Origin: Tubiluchus corallicola
Lineage: Eukaryota; Animalia; Priapulida
Length of the DNA: 64,000 bases
Assembly (NCBI GenBank): GCA_030141605.1
Contig: JAQGDQ010000016.1
Coordinates: forward strand, 994,282-1,058,281
Direction of reading: 5' to 3'
Position numbers and translations under genes: made by a program. The notes under the pieces are model-generated. The model worked only from the letters and a program-made list of their open reading frames with translations, was not told the DNA's origin and ran no database searches. Shown in pieces: positions 15,401 through 46,852 of the stretch (position 1 is its first letter; each line of letters starts with the position of its first letter).

Positions 15401-17441
15401 AAGTTATCCAACCAGCTCAAATTTAAAATATTTTTTTGATGGAGCCTGTCATCGATTTACAACCTATTTGATTAGTGGCTGTTCAACATTACTGGTAGTA
15501 CAAAACAAACAATCAACTCAAAGATAATATTATATCTTTATTATACATGTCCGACTTGAGTCAAAATCGTCTTAGGACCAGCCCATCGGAACCGAATGTA
15601 GTCCTAAGCCGACCAGTAGGTGTACAATCTATTAGCTTTTATTTGTGATTATCACTTCTCTTCTTGTTCTCAACATCTAAATTTGATGCAAATATATCTT
15701 ATGAATGTAGAATACAGTTTCCTCTAGAATCCAAACAATTTCTCTAGTTAAACTGTCAATTGTTTGGTGTGTAAGATAAATGGTAAAGGAAATGGGCAAA
15801 GAAAAAAAATTCTGCAAAATTACCAGATCCTTCGATTTGAAGATATTATTCTTCAATTCAATTTCAATTCTAATTTAATTGTACTATTTTTGTCTTAGGG
15901 ACAAATTAATGGAATCAATAAAATAATCATATTATACAAACTGCTATTCATCATTTTCATTCTGTACAACAAAATGTGACACATTAAAAACTTTTCTATC
16001 CAAACTGTGTGCAACTTGCTCATAGTGATAACCAATTAGAGTCAGGCAATGTGGAGAAGGATAAGTGGTGTTTACCCACAGCTCCAAGATCTGGGTGAGC
16101 GAGATTGTTGTAGAAACCATCATAGCCTTCATATTCAACCTCCCGATCTTGAAGAATAGATTCGCCTTCAGGGAAAAACCAACCTAAAATAACCACAAAT
16201 GTGGAAGGCTGATAAACTGTTTGCTTAACTGTAGCAGTTAAGTTAGTCAGTTAAATTCTTTGAATTTAAGGACTCATGATCATTTATTTATGTAAAGTTG
16301 CTTCTGATTTTAATTTTTATGAATTTTAACCAATTTCTCCAAAAATGTCTACAACATTGTACTCCAGATTTTAAGTTTCTTACTGACATTTAATTGAATG
16401 TTTCACAATAATTTGACAATTTCTCGCAAAAATGTGAAACTGAGAAACATGGTATAAACTGAAAATAAGCTCTTGGCTTATTACACACTGACTCGACACC
16501 ATAGGCACAGCCTGAAGGTTTGTTTAACTGTAGATTTAGTGTCTCTCAGGCCATAATTAAAAAAATTTAATGTAATGAATTTAATTACTTTTGGCCAACT
16601 TGCTTTGCATTTCAGTAACGGACAGATTAAATTCAGCTGTGTCTTCAATCCTTTCAAACAAAAAAATTATGTGTGGGAGCATGGAGACAGCCCAGTCAGT
16701 GCTTGGCCAGTATAACGACGAATGTTTTTCAGAGAAATGACAAAAATTTGAATGAACAATATGACTACATAGCAACTAGTAGTGTCAGATGATACACAAT
16801 GTATGTAAAAACTATTCGCGTCATTATTCACACATTAAGTTTGTTTGTCCAAAATAAAATAAAATAAACAAACAAATACAATAAAGTGCAAATAAACAAA
16901 AATCTCATAAACAAGATCTGAAAGCATAAGGATTCAGACTATGATAAACTAAATACCACAGAACTAAATTATGACTACCACAGATAAAAGGTTTGGCCTT
17001 GGCAGCGTTGACACCCATTGCTAATAACCTAGCTGACGCAACACTTAGCAACAAAGCAAAACAAAACAAAAACTGACTTAAAAGAAACAGAAACAACAAT
17101 GGTTGAGAAGTAAAAAAACGAGCAAAAAATAAGTGTAGCATAACGATGTTGCGGCATTAAGACTATTGCCATAATTATATGATAATAAGGCCTTGAACAC
17201 GCATAAAGTGTGAAGAAAGTAAATGTTTAAAACATAGTATGTAACTTACAAACACTGGTAACTTTTATACACAAAGAAACTTACAGCCTTCTGGTCGAAA
17301 CTCTGTTCCGTTGTATATGTCTGATGCATTGCAGCGTGCACTTTCTCGGTTACAACGTTTCTCTTGAGCTACCACGCTTAGAATGGTTAACAACAAAACC
17401 ACAGCAAGGTAAGCTAGTATCCACACTTTGCGAATATTCAT
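470..17441 (-). CDS. DUOX: Dual oxidase (peroxidase-like ectodomain, TM helix, EF-hands, start of NOX ferric-reductase domain); multi-exon, 3' end continues beyond the left edge
   Basis: ATG at 17441 with signal peptide ([25 protein letters not shown]). GT-AG exons approx. 17285-17441, 16076-16183 ([19 protein letters not shown]), 15163-15324, 14404-14588, 13134-13365, 12761-12988 ([23 protein letters not shown]), 12216-12312 ([13 protein letters not shown]), 11813-11900, 10049-10145, 9256-9479 ([13 protein letters not shown]), 8797-8906, 8620-8691 ([11 protein letters not shown]), ~8287-8447, ~7799-7939, ~7441-7557, ~6371-6576, ~5751-5936, ~4547-4769 (EF-hand [13 protein letters not shown]), ~3567-3660 ([13 protein letters not shown]), ~2851-3027, ~2260-2356, ~1100-1288, 470-632 ([23 protein letters not shown]). 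Confidence 0.96.
1928..2155 (+). mobile_element. Probable tRNA-derived SINE in a DUOX intron
   Basis: Pol III A-box TGGCCGAGTGG (1936-1946) and B-box GAGTTCGAGAC (1978-1988) at tRNA-like spacing. 3' end has AATAAA and a (TCTTTG)n tail. No full cloverleaf is evident. Confidence 0.5.
3817..4202. mobile_element. Tc1/mariner (pogo/Tigger-like) MITE
   Basis: Terminal inverted repeats CAGTGTTCCCTC...GAGGGAACACTG, TA on both flanks, no ORF. Confidence 0.85.
6016..6141. repeat. Perfect 63-bp tandem duplication (2 copies) in a DUOX intron
   Basis: GACAATTGAAAATTACC...AACATAGGGCA starts at 6016 and again at 6079. Confidence 0.95.
9504..9657. repeat. Degenerate (CAT/CAC)n trinucleotide repeat
   Basis: Visible low-complexity tract in a DUOX intron. 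Confidence 0.85.
14005..14360. repeat. Degenerate CA-rich pentamer/trimer satellite
   Basis: (CACAC/CACAA/CACCA)n tract in a DUOX intron. Confidence 0.8.
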
Positions 17442-17790
17442 TTCACTACTGCTAGAAAATTTGTCACAAACCAATCACCCGTCAAACAACAGTGTGTATC
17501 TGAGTGAAAAATTCCGTCAATATATACACACGAAAAAAACTGACATCAAAGTTCAGCGTTCAGGTTCTTTACATAACCAAAAATAAATAATTTGTTTACT
17601 CTGCAAAGTTTACTAAACAGAAACTACATCATAAAGTCACAAAAATTCTTTCGCTTCACCACAATAAATGTACATTTGCAGCTGCATAAACATCCAGGAT
17701 GTTGAACCAATCCTCATGACTTCCTTCTGAGTTCATAAAAGTGAAAAATTACGCTGTTTGTAACAGTAGACTGTAACACAGAGTGCTTAC

Positions 17791-17954
17791 CTCTGCAGGA
17801 ATTGATAAATAAGTGTTGCATAAGAGTTTCCTTCCTCGTTGTTATCGATTAATTATCATGTATTTTTCCTTCAGTCAAAGGTGCAACTTCTATATAGTTA
17901 AAGTAACACAGTCTGCATTTTAGTGACCAGTGCGACTCTGTTTTCTTTTGTCAT
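17791..17954. promoter_or_regulatory. Putative DUOX/DUOXA bidirectional promoter between divergent non-coding first exons
   Basis: Minus-strand donor GAG|GTAAGC at 17790 and plus-strand donor CAT|GTAAGT at 17955. Matching acceptors lie just upstream of each ATG (~17501 minus, 18484 plus). DRE-like TATCGATT at 17843 and Inr-like TCAGTC at ~17871. Confidence 0.5.
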
Positions 17955-18509
17955 GTAAGTATCATTTCTACCTTTCTGTGACTAGCAGTAAATGAGTTAT
18001 AGATGCAAATGTCAGAGACGTTATCAGTAAAAACTCAGATTTGAATTTAAAATGCCAGTTTTTAAATAAAATTTGCTAGCTAACGCTAACAAAAATTCCT
18101 CATGAATGGATCGGCATTCTATTAATGTGAACACACAACTGCATATACAAACAATTCCTTTTAATTGTAAATCATGCCTAATAAGTGTACAGTTTTTCTT
18201 TTTAGAGTCTACTAGTTTATTTTTTATATTTAAGATGTTAGTAAATAATACACATAATGTTAAATATGTGAAGAAATCAAGGCTTTTGGGTTCTATTCGA
18301 AACCCTCTGGGTATAATCTATGTTCTTGACAAAAAAAAATCTCACTGCCAGATTGCAAAAAGTATAAATATTATTTTGACAAGCAGTCAATGATCTCAGT
18401 CAAAATAATACAGGAAGACTGCATTTTCGATTATTATTAAATGACAGAAAATAGCAATTTAAAGAATAAGTTATGATTTACCAGTAGAATAAGCATTTGA
18501 ATCTACGAA

Positions 18510-21500
18510 ATGGCATACGGAGCATTTCGATCGTATGGGTATCCTACCATGTACCCATCCAATCTCAATCCAGTGTTGGCAGATGTACTCTTAGCAGGAT
18601 TTGTGTATGCTGCCTGTATTGTTGCATTCTCTTTTCTGGTCATCATGCCCGGAATCCGAGGAAAAGAGGTAAGAAATGGTACCTAATGCCATCAACATTT
18701 TTTGCTAATTAGAAAATTACCTGAAGTAAGTTACATACCAGCGACTATTCTATAAAAGTGCAACCAACTTTAATCTTATGAAGTGAGACTGTGATCACAG
18801 TTTTTTATAAGACCAACAATGCACAATACACTTGCTGAAATTTTTTTAATACGTACTAACTGTATTTTAATAACCTTCCAGAGAAAATGGGTGCTAATCA
18901 GAGGAATATTCAGCATCAGTTTGGGAGCCATAATCATGTGTAAGCATTGTACAAGTAATTACTAGGCTAGTGTACAGTATAGTAAAGTGTAAAGCTAAAT
19001 CTGTGCTTATTTGATTGTGTTTACCTGTAGTAATGAAGAATTCTTGTCAAGGAACATGGATACAAATTCACAGTAGGCCTACTTAACCAAGTGGCATTGT
19101 TTTCAGGAGAAAAGTGATTTAAAAAAAATGAAAACTAGGTTGTAATCTGAAATTGAAACTGTGTCTTAAGCACACACACAAAAGTTAATTACTGTAGCAC
19201 GAAAACTATAATGCCACCTGACTGAAGGGAGTAACGCAACTGTGATGCATTAGGTACAACAGCTCAATAACAGAATGCATGCACATTTAGCAAAATATCT
19301 CAGGATCAAACACAGAATTTGGTCTCTCAACCATCAACATTTCAATTTTTCTCAAATTAATAAACCATGTGTTTTTTTTTCCAATTACATTTCTGCCTGA
19401 ATTGCAAATATCAATGTCATCCCATCAACATTATTATCGACATCAATATCTTCGTCACAATCACCATAACAGTCACCTTCACTATCACCATCATCATCAT
19501 CGTCGTCGTCATCATCATCATCGTCGTCGTCGTCATCATCACCATCATGCCCACCACCATCACCACCAACACCACCACCGCAATCATTGCCATCACCATA
19601 ACTATTATGCTTATGTCCACAATAACAAGAAACGTTAGGAATCAAAAAACAGCAAATCAATTTAGAAAAGGGATTTTGTTTTCAGTTACCGACATTGATG
19701 AAAAGATTGTTAGTCACCAAGTTCTGTTAGACATCCGATTCCAAGACGAATTTGCAGCAAAATATGAAAGCAATGAATATAGTAACAATGATAAACAAGC
19801 ATCAGAGTAACAGATTTTGTGTCGCCATTGGCATTTTTTATAAGTCCAATTTCGTATAATCACATTTGTGTAATAATAATAAACAATATTACTATAAAAC
19901 TATGTTTTCAGTAACAAACTATGGGCAATCATGGGAAGTAGCACACGTCAAACACAAAACAGCTTACAAAGCAACAACTGGAAAGGAAGTGGAAGCGGAA
20001 ATTGGAGTGAAGATAGGATTGCGAAGTGTTAATATTACGCTGAATGGTAAAATACGTGAATCTTAATGGCTATACTTAAAAAAGCTTGATTTTTCTATTA
20101 AACAGGTTATGCTGCTCAAGTACTGCTTGGGCTATCAAGGTTCACGTTTTACAGAGCCCGACTAAAACAGAATATGAACCGTTAAATTTAGCAGACTGTC
20201 ATCATATTTCGATGGTGAAACCAATAAAACAAAACGTAAAGGTTTATATGAGAAAATGTGTTTGAATTTTTATGAAATATAAATAATGCTTTCGTTGGTA
20301 AAGTTCTTTCAGCAAATATCAAATTGCTTCTAAACTATTGTACTCTCTAGTAGCAATAAAATAGCTTAGAATGCAGAGTAGAATGGAAACCAATATAATT
20401 ATATAAGAGTTCTGTCAATTCTCAATTACATAAAGTCACCCAAAAGGGATAAAACGCACAGAGAAAACAGTTGTCTTCTTAATGATCAGATTCAGCACAA
20501 CTACTAAAGAAAAAATGAATAAACCTTAGAAAGACCAATGCTGTAAACGTAACCAAACTTAATACACTATAAAACACAAAGAGTGCGAATCATCAGTAAT
20601 AACGACAAGCTTCAACCACAAATCAAAACTCAAAAGTTGACATCTTTACTCTTTGCAAAATAAACAGACAAATACTGACAAAATTATACAAGCAATCATC
20701 AGAGCTGACATAAAATTTATCACCAATTTACTGCTATGTTTTCAGCTGATGATGACAACGAACTGAACGAAACAATAAACTACAATGAACGTTTCACATT
20801 TGGGTGGCAGAATGGAAGGATAGGATTTGGACCATACTGTATGTATTAGTTTACTGTAAGCAGTACTATTAGTAGGCATTGTAATTACAAGAGTGCACAT
20901 TGTAGGTATCTAAATTTTGAGAAACATTCCTGTTTTTAATGTGTAGTATGTTCTCCCAGCAAACTATAACCTTATATGTTAATTTATTACCTGGGCAATG
21001 TTTTCAGGGATCTTACAATACACTGCCCTCTGACACTTCCTCTATTAACACAGTTTTAATATTGGCTTATTTGTAATGTAATTAATGTAAAATAAATGTA
21101 TCTTATACCTTATTTATTTCCAAAAACTAATACGTAAGCTGAATAATTCTAAAAAAACATTGTAATCTAGTTGTAGATGATTCACAACTTAAAAATTTGA
21201 ATTAGATTCCAATAACAAATGCATCTTATGCATGCATATAGCAAGAGAGGTTTTTTACACTTTAGCAAGCATATTTAATCAGGAGTTTCGAGCGGCACAG
21301 TATAGAGGACTGCCATATCCCATCTTAGCAGTTGCTGAATACTTTACACTGGATGGAGAAGGAATCCGATGGGGACGTCATTATCGCCAAGCCGGATTCT
21401 ATGCTCATATCATGATGTGGTATGCACATTTTAGCTAAATATACATCTTCCTTTATAGTTAGAAATAACCTGAAAAGTATAACAGGCAAAACCACCCAGA

Positions 21501-24500
21501 TGCAAATTATTGATGGTCATCCATCCCTGAACCAGTTTTTTAGTCACCCAATTGTTTACTAACCACACTTGGTGCTGCTTAAACTAGAGTAAGTGAACGA
21601 TGATATTTCTCTTTTAATACAACTTAGTACACTGTAAACAGAAATTTAGCACAAAATGGTTGGGCCTATGCTTAATGCTTATGGTTGTGGCTAGACTGAA
21701 ACCTTATACATTATCAAACCAAATCCTCTAAGATGAGACAGTTTGGCACTGAGTATTCATGTTCGGATGTGAATATGTTGCTCCTTGAGGCAAGCAACTG
21801 CAATCAGTATGACGAACGAAGCCAGTCAAATGAGTATTGAACCAGGAAACAATCATCTATTCCCTAATTAGCACTGGCGATGCTTAATTTCAGGTGTTAG
21901 GTAAACACATAACTTTGCTTTTCCTTCACGCCATAGTGAACACATAGGTCGAAATTCACATTATCCTAATATTCAGATTAGTGTTAGGTTTTGTATTCTC
22001 AATAAACTTTAGCTGCTTGCACTTACAATGCACAACTCAAAATGAGTTCAGGTATATAAACTAACTGAAAACAGTGGTGACAAAATTGATAACACAAAAA
22101 CATAGTGAAAGCAAAATCTATACTATCATCATGTAGCAGGCTCAGTTATCGTGATCTCAACTCAAAAGCAAGTACCTCTTTTACACCAGGTTAGCATTTC
22201 CGCTATGGGTACTGACTAACATTCTGTTCTTCATGGTCATCAGTTATGGAGCAATGTTTCTGGCAATGACCGGTGGAAGTATGCTAACAGCCATCGTTCT
22301 GTACTCCAGCATTCGCAATAGTGCACCACTCCATATTCAATTTGATGAACACGTAGAATTATCATTCCACTATGGCGCTTCCTATTTCGTTACACTTGTA
22401 GCAGGTAACAGTGTTATTAATATGAACAATTAAGAAACACGAAAATGACATTTTTTAAAATTCATTTTAATTTTACTTGTAAACTTTTTTATTAGCGCGT
22501 ACAAGAAAAAATAGCATGGCAAGTTCATCAGCAGAAAGTTACAGGAGCAACAAACCAAATGTTCTATAAATAATTTGCCAAGACCTCTTAACCTAAACAT
22601 GAACTTGGCAAAAATGTCAGAAAAACTTGGGCTTCATAGCATCAGATCACACTGCAGATATATATTTTGTCTATAGCATGAACAAAATGAATTTTCAGTT
22701 GTTTACTTTTATAACAACGTTACCTTTAAGACAGCATGGACTAATTCAGACAGTGTTTGTCACTTGCCTATGCCTGGTCCAGTGCATGTGTCATGGCATG
22801 CCGTGTGTGACTGAGTAATCTGCCCTGATTTTCTTCTTACGGCTTCTATCTTGGACCCTTAAATAATCTCAGCTTTTTAACCACACGATTGTCAAAACCC
22901 CTACCCCAGTAATTTATCCTGCAGGTAATGTCACTCTATGTACGATAGAACTAGAGTTAAACAACTTTTTACATTCTGGTTTCTGAGACTAAAATCTACG
23001 TAACATTTACAGATTACCTGATGCATAACAAATAAGCAAGTTAAAAGCATAATTCCTGCACAAATAAAACTTTTCCAGGTTTGATTACTTTGCTGGCAGC
23101 CGCAGTCATATACTTCATGGATCTCAGATATCCAAATGAAATACATACCTTTTTTGGGCTAGATATTCTGCAAGACTATGAAGACTTTTATGCAGGTAAA
23201 TTTCAAACCAAATGCAAACACTTGATGTTCTGTAAACAGTTGCAATAAACTGCTACAATGAATAAGGTTCCCTGGTGACAAATTTGGTAGTTTATTTATA
23301 CAATTTGGCCCGCAAAGGTGAAATCTGGAATTCATGGCAAGGCCTACTTAACACAGAGACCAGAGCCTCTGAAATGGCAGGTGTCTTAACCACATTTGGA
23401 TACATATACATTCTCAGTTAATAAGATAAACAACTAGAATCAGTATGTCACATGGAACCACACAGAGCAAGTACTAAATGCAGATGGTCACGAGGCATCC
23501 AAGGAGCAACTTAACTTCGGCTGCAAAGTACACAAACATGGCCACTCACTTAGTCACCTCTCCTCAAAACAACATAATACGCTGTACATGCAAACAGATA
23601 CTGCGAAATTCAGAGTGATTCCTACACGTGACATAGATAAAGTGGCTTTTTTAACAACATTTTAATTATAAAAAAGCAGAATTGAGAATTTTCAAGTGAA
23701 AAACAGATACGTTTATTACAATGACTAGTTAGTGACTGACTAACCAAAATCAGCAAAACTAGAAACAATTAAAGATGGCCAAGAAAATAAGTGAGAAAAA
23801 TATAAATATAGAAATGTATATGTTATAAACTGGGAGATATCAGTACTAAAAGTACAAGCTATATAAAGAATTCAGAGAACAACAACATTTCACTTAACAT
23901 ATTAATAATTGTTGCTACACTGTATTAAAGCATGTGCTAGCACAATTCAAATTTTAAACAGTATTAAAACACGTGTCAGGCAGGTGGGGCCACATAACGT
24001 CAATTCTAAATACCACTTTTAATCACACCTCTGTTTTTCCAGAACCACATGAACTGGGAATAAAGGTCGCACCAGATACAAATATTAAAGATCGCAAAGA
24101 AGGCAGTCGAGACGAACTTGTGACAAACGAAGCCGGATTAGCAGAGAACGATGTGGAAGCTCCACAAATTAAATTACCGCAGGTAAACACATCATGCAGG
24201 GACATAAAATAAAATTATCAATGCAGGAATAGACAGTTCTGACAAATCTTCAAAAACAATTCCCATACATAAGAATGGTAACAGTGTTTAAAATTCTGTT
24301 CAAAATCATTACACTATTTATTTTTTATGTTTAGATTTGTACTGTTAATTTTCAAAGGCACTTACTTCAGCCTATCTTTTTGTATTTTTCTATGAACTCA
24401 TTTTCAACAGAAATCTTTACTACATGTGCTACTATTTTGCTACTGCTAGTGAGTGACGACTAGTGGATAAACAGTACAGCTTTGTGACTGTTATTACCAA

Positions 24501-25024
24501 TGCTATAGCTAGAGACCACAAGAAGCTACCAGTCCAATACTGCCACCACTATCATTACTACTACATTAGCTATAAAATGATTAAAAAAATCAAACACTGG
24601 CATGCCTAAACTAAATCTTCACATGCATGCGAATTGAGCTTCTAATTTTTTCATTTATCATATACCCACAGCAAGTACCCGTAATGAGAAGACGAGCCGG
24701 AACTAAATTCGCTAAGAGTGCAGTGAGGAAGCCAGTTATTACTCCACGACACCACAGTAAACACTCAGGTGCAGCACCCGTAACACAAATTGAGGATGAT
24801 GATGATATTCCTCTGTATGAAAACGTGGACCGAAGAGACACCGTTGGGTAAGCATATTAAGACTTTTGGACACCTGAAGCTAAACTAATGCGTAAATTGT
24901 AAAAGAAATGCCAACTGCAATATCAATTTCAGGTCTTAAAACATTTGTTGGTTGTGTATGTCACATGAATGATTTTTTTTTCAGATACCATGCAGCAGCT
25001 GAAAATGTTGACCTTGCCATCTGA
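18510..25024 (+). CDS. DUOXA1: Dual oxidase maturation factor; multi-exon
   Basis: Exons 18510-18668 (MAYGAFRSYGYPTMY...FLVIMPGIRGKE), 18882-18939, 19912-20046 (NYGQSWEV...IGLRSVNITL), ~20746-20838 (ETINYNERFTFGW), ~21265-21419 (AQYRGLPYPILAVAEYFTLDGEGIRWGRHYRQAGFY), ~22190-22403, ~23079-23195, ~24043-24182, 24672-24847, 24985-25024. Head-to-head with DUOX, as in many other animals. Confidence 0.93.
19420..19600. repeat. (CAT/CGT/CAC)n microsatellite
   Basis: Visible trinucleotide tract in DUOXA intron 2. Confidence 0.9.
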
Positions 25025-28000
25025 TAGCTACTAAGGGAACAGATTTGAAAGGTAACGGTAATGGCATGTCATAAATGCAAAAGCAGTTTGGATGAATGTA
25101 ACATGACATCAACAAATGAGCAATTAAAATGGTCACACTTGATTTCTTCTAAATAATTTAAATTGGTACAATCCTAAAATATGGTCTAAAATTCCTTATA
25201 GACAAAATGATAATTGCTTAATCACGTGACATTATTTGTTTAGCTACTTTGGCATGAGGTTGAGTTTTATGCATATCATCACAATTTTTTAATAGTCTGC
25301 ATTTAGTCTGTTTTGCATTTAATTATTCAAGATTACAACAATAATATAGACTAGCCAAACCCAGTAAAAAATTTTGCACATAAACCTACAAAACAAACCA
25401 CACCACATCCACAACACCACACCACTCACATTACATCACCCACACCATGCTACCTATGTTACGCCCACCCATACCATGCCATCAACACAATTAAAGAAAA
25501 ATGAGTGCAGATTATAAAAAGCATAGTTTCCTTACAGATAAACTGACTATAACAAAAGTTTTAGTACTTGTTTTAATAATCTGATTCAATTACAAACAGA
25601 TTTAAAAAAATGATGTTGTTTTATTGTAAAATTAGCTTTGTGAATGAAACAAACTGAAGTTTTGAAATTTCAAAATTGATGTTTTTTTGCATTTCTATAT
25701 ATCTGTGCTTATTGTTTGTAACTGCAGAATTCTAATAATTTAACATTTAGTTTATCTTTGTACTCCTATACATTTATTCACACAAATTCAGGCATCAATT
25801 GCTAAAAACTCGTACACAAAACTACCGTTTCAAATAATTTATTGGGATGTAACTTGTAAGCAAACAGAAAACTAATCACAATAAGGCTTAACATCCACGT
25901 TATGCTGCTATGCTGTGATCTACAGTAAATAAACCCATGTTACAAATATGCAACTAATTTCAAGTAGCACATTCTAGCATAACGAGATACTTTTAGTATC
26001 CAGTACCACAAACACATCCAGCAAAACACAGAATTTTAAATTGTGCCCTAAGTGACAATGTTTGAGTAATACTGGTATTGTAAGAAACCTATACGTATGC
26101 AATAATTAATAAATAAAATTAGAGAAAGCTCCTTCTTTTACAAATAATTGTGCAGCTTCCTATTGTGTGATCGTTACAATTACAAATATCTTGTACATAA
26201 ATTGTTAAAAATACATAAAGAAAACAAATATGGCTAATCCTGCATGAGAAACCAATATTTGTATATTGTGACAATATTTCTATACGATTCGTACTGCTTA
26301 CTGTAAAGTGGCATTTATTATCATGCCGATACGGATGCATTTTCCACCTGCAGAAAAGCATTAATAGGAATAGCTGCAGAAAAAAATAATGCATACACAG
26401 GCTGCATAAACGAAACTTAAAACATATCAACTAAAATGCTATTATAAAAACTAAGTAGTTCAGTTTATTAGTGCTTATAATTCTCGGAATTAGCAAAATC
26501 AACAAAATTATTCAATAGCTTCTGCAGCCTCATTTGCACCTCTATAAAATATATTGCTACTGTGCAAAAATAGAGCTGTTAAATACAGTAAATAAACAAT
26601 GAAATTCTATGTTTGATATGGCTTGTTATTAAATAATGTCATTACAAATCTACTATTAAAAAGGCCATGCTTACTGCTTAGTCAAAAGTATCTAATCAGA
26701 AAGCAATGAAATCAATTGTACAGTGAGGAGTTCTAAAATAGTCACTGCAATTATCTAGCCTTTTGTTAAAGAAGCCAGTAGCTGTTCAAGCTGAGAGGTA
26801 ATAGTAGAAAGCAAAAATATGGATTCAGGGTCCAAAAAACTACGATTCTTATTATTGATTACTAGTTATAAGGAGTATCTACTGACGTTATTAAAAGACA
26901 TAATTAGTTTTTATTAAATCAAAAGACATGCTTTCCCTTTTGTATCCAAAACAACGTTTACATTTGTGCATGTTCATGTTGTCTGAGTTTGCACATTATA
27001 TGCTTGATAAAGATGCTATTTCAAACAGTTTAACCAGCAGGTGAATCATGCACAGTATATACAATCACTATTTTAAAGCATCTGTTACATCATTAAAAAA
27101 AATGGCTACTTGACATTTATGAACTGATGTGACAGTGCATACATTGCAGTGTCAACCCCACACCATCAAATCAATTAACCAATTACAGCAACATTTCAAA
27201 CAATGGGACCTACACTCTACACCCTGCTTGACCTGAGATCCTACAAATAACTATATATACATATTACCACATCAGCTATTCAAGTAATACAGCAACAACA
27301 TTTAAATAAACCCTAAGTTTAACTCTTCCTGTCTACAGCCTATCACTGACTTATTAATACATTAATAATATTGATCATTATCAACGATTTGGTTATATTT
27401 ACAACAGCTACAAATGGCCAACAATTTTGAAAGTACACCATTAACAATGTTGGAAAGCTTTATTATCACGTACACACATACACACACATATACATACATA
27501 TATGTATATACACACACATATGCAGCAAATAATCAAAATGTATTTCGATGTTAAAGACAGAAACAATTTTTGATATTAAATGTTACACACAATTTTAGTA
27601 GGAGCTTAGAGTTTAAAGTTAAAGAAATTAACAATTAAAACTTCAACTGCTATCCAAAGTATCAATACAACAAAGATACAGAGATAACAGCTTTCAATTA
27701 CATTCAATATAATCTTTTAAGTAATTGCTTGAATTGTTGCATTTGCAAAGAAAAACATATTATAATGTTTCGATGAGCAAGTACAATTTACTGAGCCATA
27801 ACTGCAATATACCTCCAGAATAACTTTAACATCAACAAACATAACAAGACAATGATAAATTGATGCACATTTATAAATTTAAGCTTCTACTAGTAAAACT
27901 TTCAATGCCATACTTGAATTACTTTATAAGAAACTCAACTCTATTGAACATTAAGCAGTAATATACAGTTTTGCAATAACTCTTGTACAAGACTTCACTT

Positions 28001-28250
28001 AACTTTCACTTTCTTCTGTTAAAAGAGTTTATAAATTATTAGTCTAGAAAATGTGAGAATACTCTTTTTTTTACAAACTACACTCTTCATGTTATGACTA
28101 CTCTATTTTCTTCAAATTCCTAGATAAATATTCTCGATTCCTAGCTAGACAAATTTGTGTGCACAGGATTCACTGACAAAAAAGATTTTAATTTTAATAA
28201 TTTTATAATTACAAATTTTTGCTCCTAACGCTCATCCGAGGACTAAAAGG

Positions 28251-46305
<18,055 letters not shown>

Positions 46306-46462
46306 CGATCATGCTGATGAAAATTGTTAAACTTGAACAGTAAACGCTGTTGAATTCACCCACTGGGTTTCACCTTCTCTTTTTCGACATAACAAAATGT
46401 TACAGGATGCTCACTTTTAACGATACGCTCAAGGAAATGTATAACACTAATCGTTTAATAGT

Positions 46463-46852
46463 TAGGGGTGAGCATTCTCTACCAGAAAAAGAATTCGAAT
46501 CGAACAGAACTTCAGTGTTTCGCATTCGAACTGAATTCGAATTGAGATTGAATGATTTTCGAACAAGTTTTCGAACCGCCAGTAAAAATTAGTATTACAA
46601 AGATCATGCATATTACTTGATTTTTTTCTGCAATAAAACGACTAGTAATTTGTTTAAAGTTTTGCACAGAAATCACAGCTAAATTATGCTAATTGAATGA
46701 TGTTTCAATCGTTTTAATGATCAGGAACATATGTGATTGAAGTGCTGAATTATTTGAATCTATAGTTTTGGATTCGAATCGAGTTCGAACTAATAAAACT
46801 CGTTCGAATTCGATTCGAATGTTCGAACTCGAACGTTGGATGCTCGCTCCTA
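46463..46852. mobile_element. hAT-type MITE rich in TTCGAA motifs (copy 1, full length)
   Basis: TIRs TAGGGGTGAGCAT / ATGCTCGCTCCTA; 8-bp target-site duplication TTAATAGT / TGAATAGT (7 of 8 match). Confidence 0.8.

Noticed and set aside
19367-19810. His/Ile/Asp-rich ORFs
   Set aside because: Translations of a trinucleotide microsatellite inside a DUOXA intron
46490-46835. GAA/TTC clusters as heat-shock elements
   Set aside because: Spacing is TTCGAA/GAATTC rather than nGAAnnTTCn arrays, and the motifs are explained as MITE subterminal repeats
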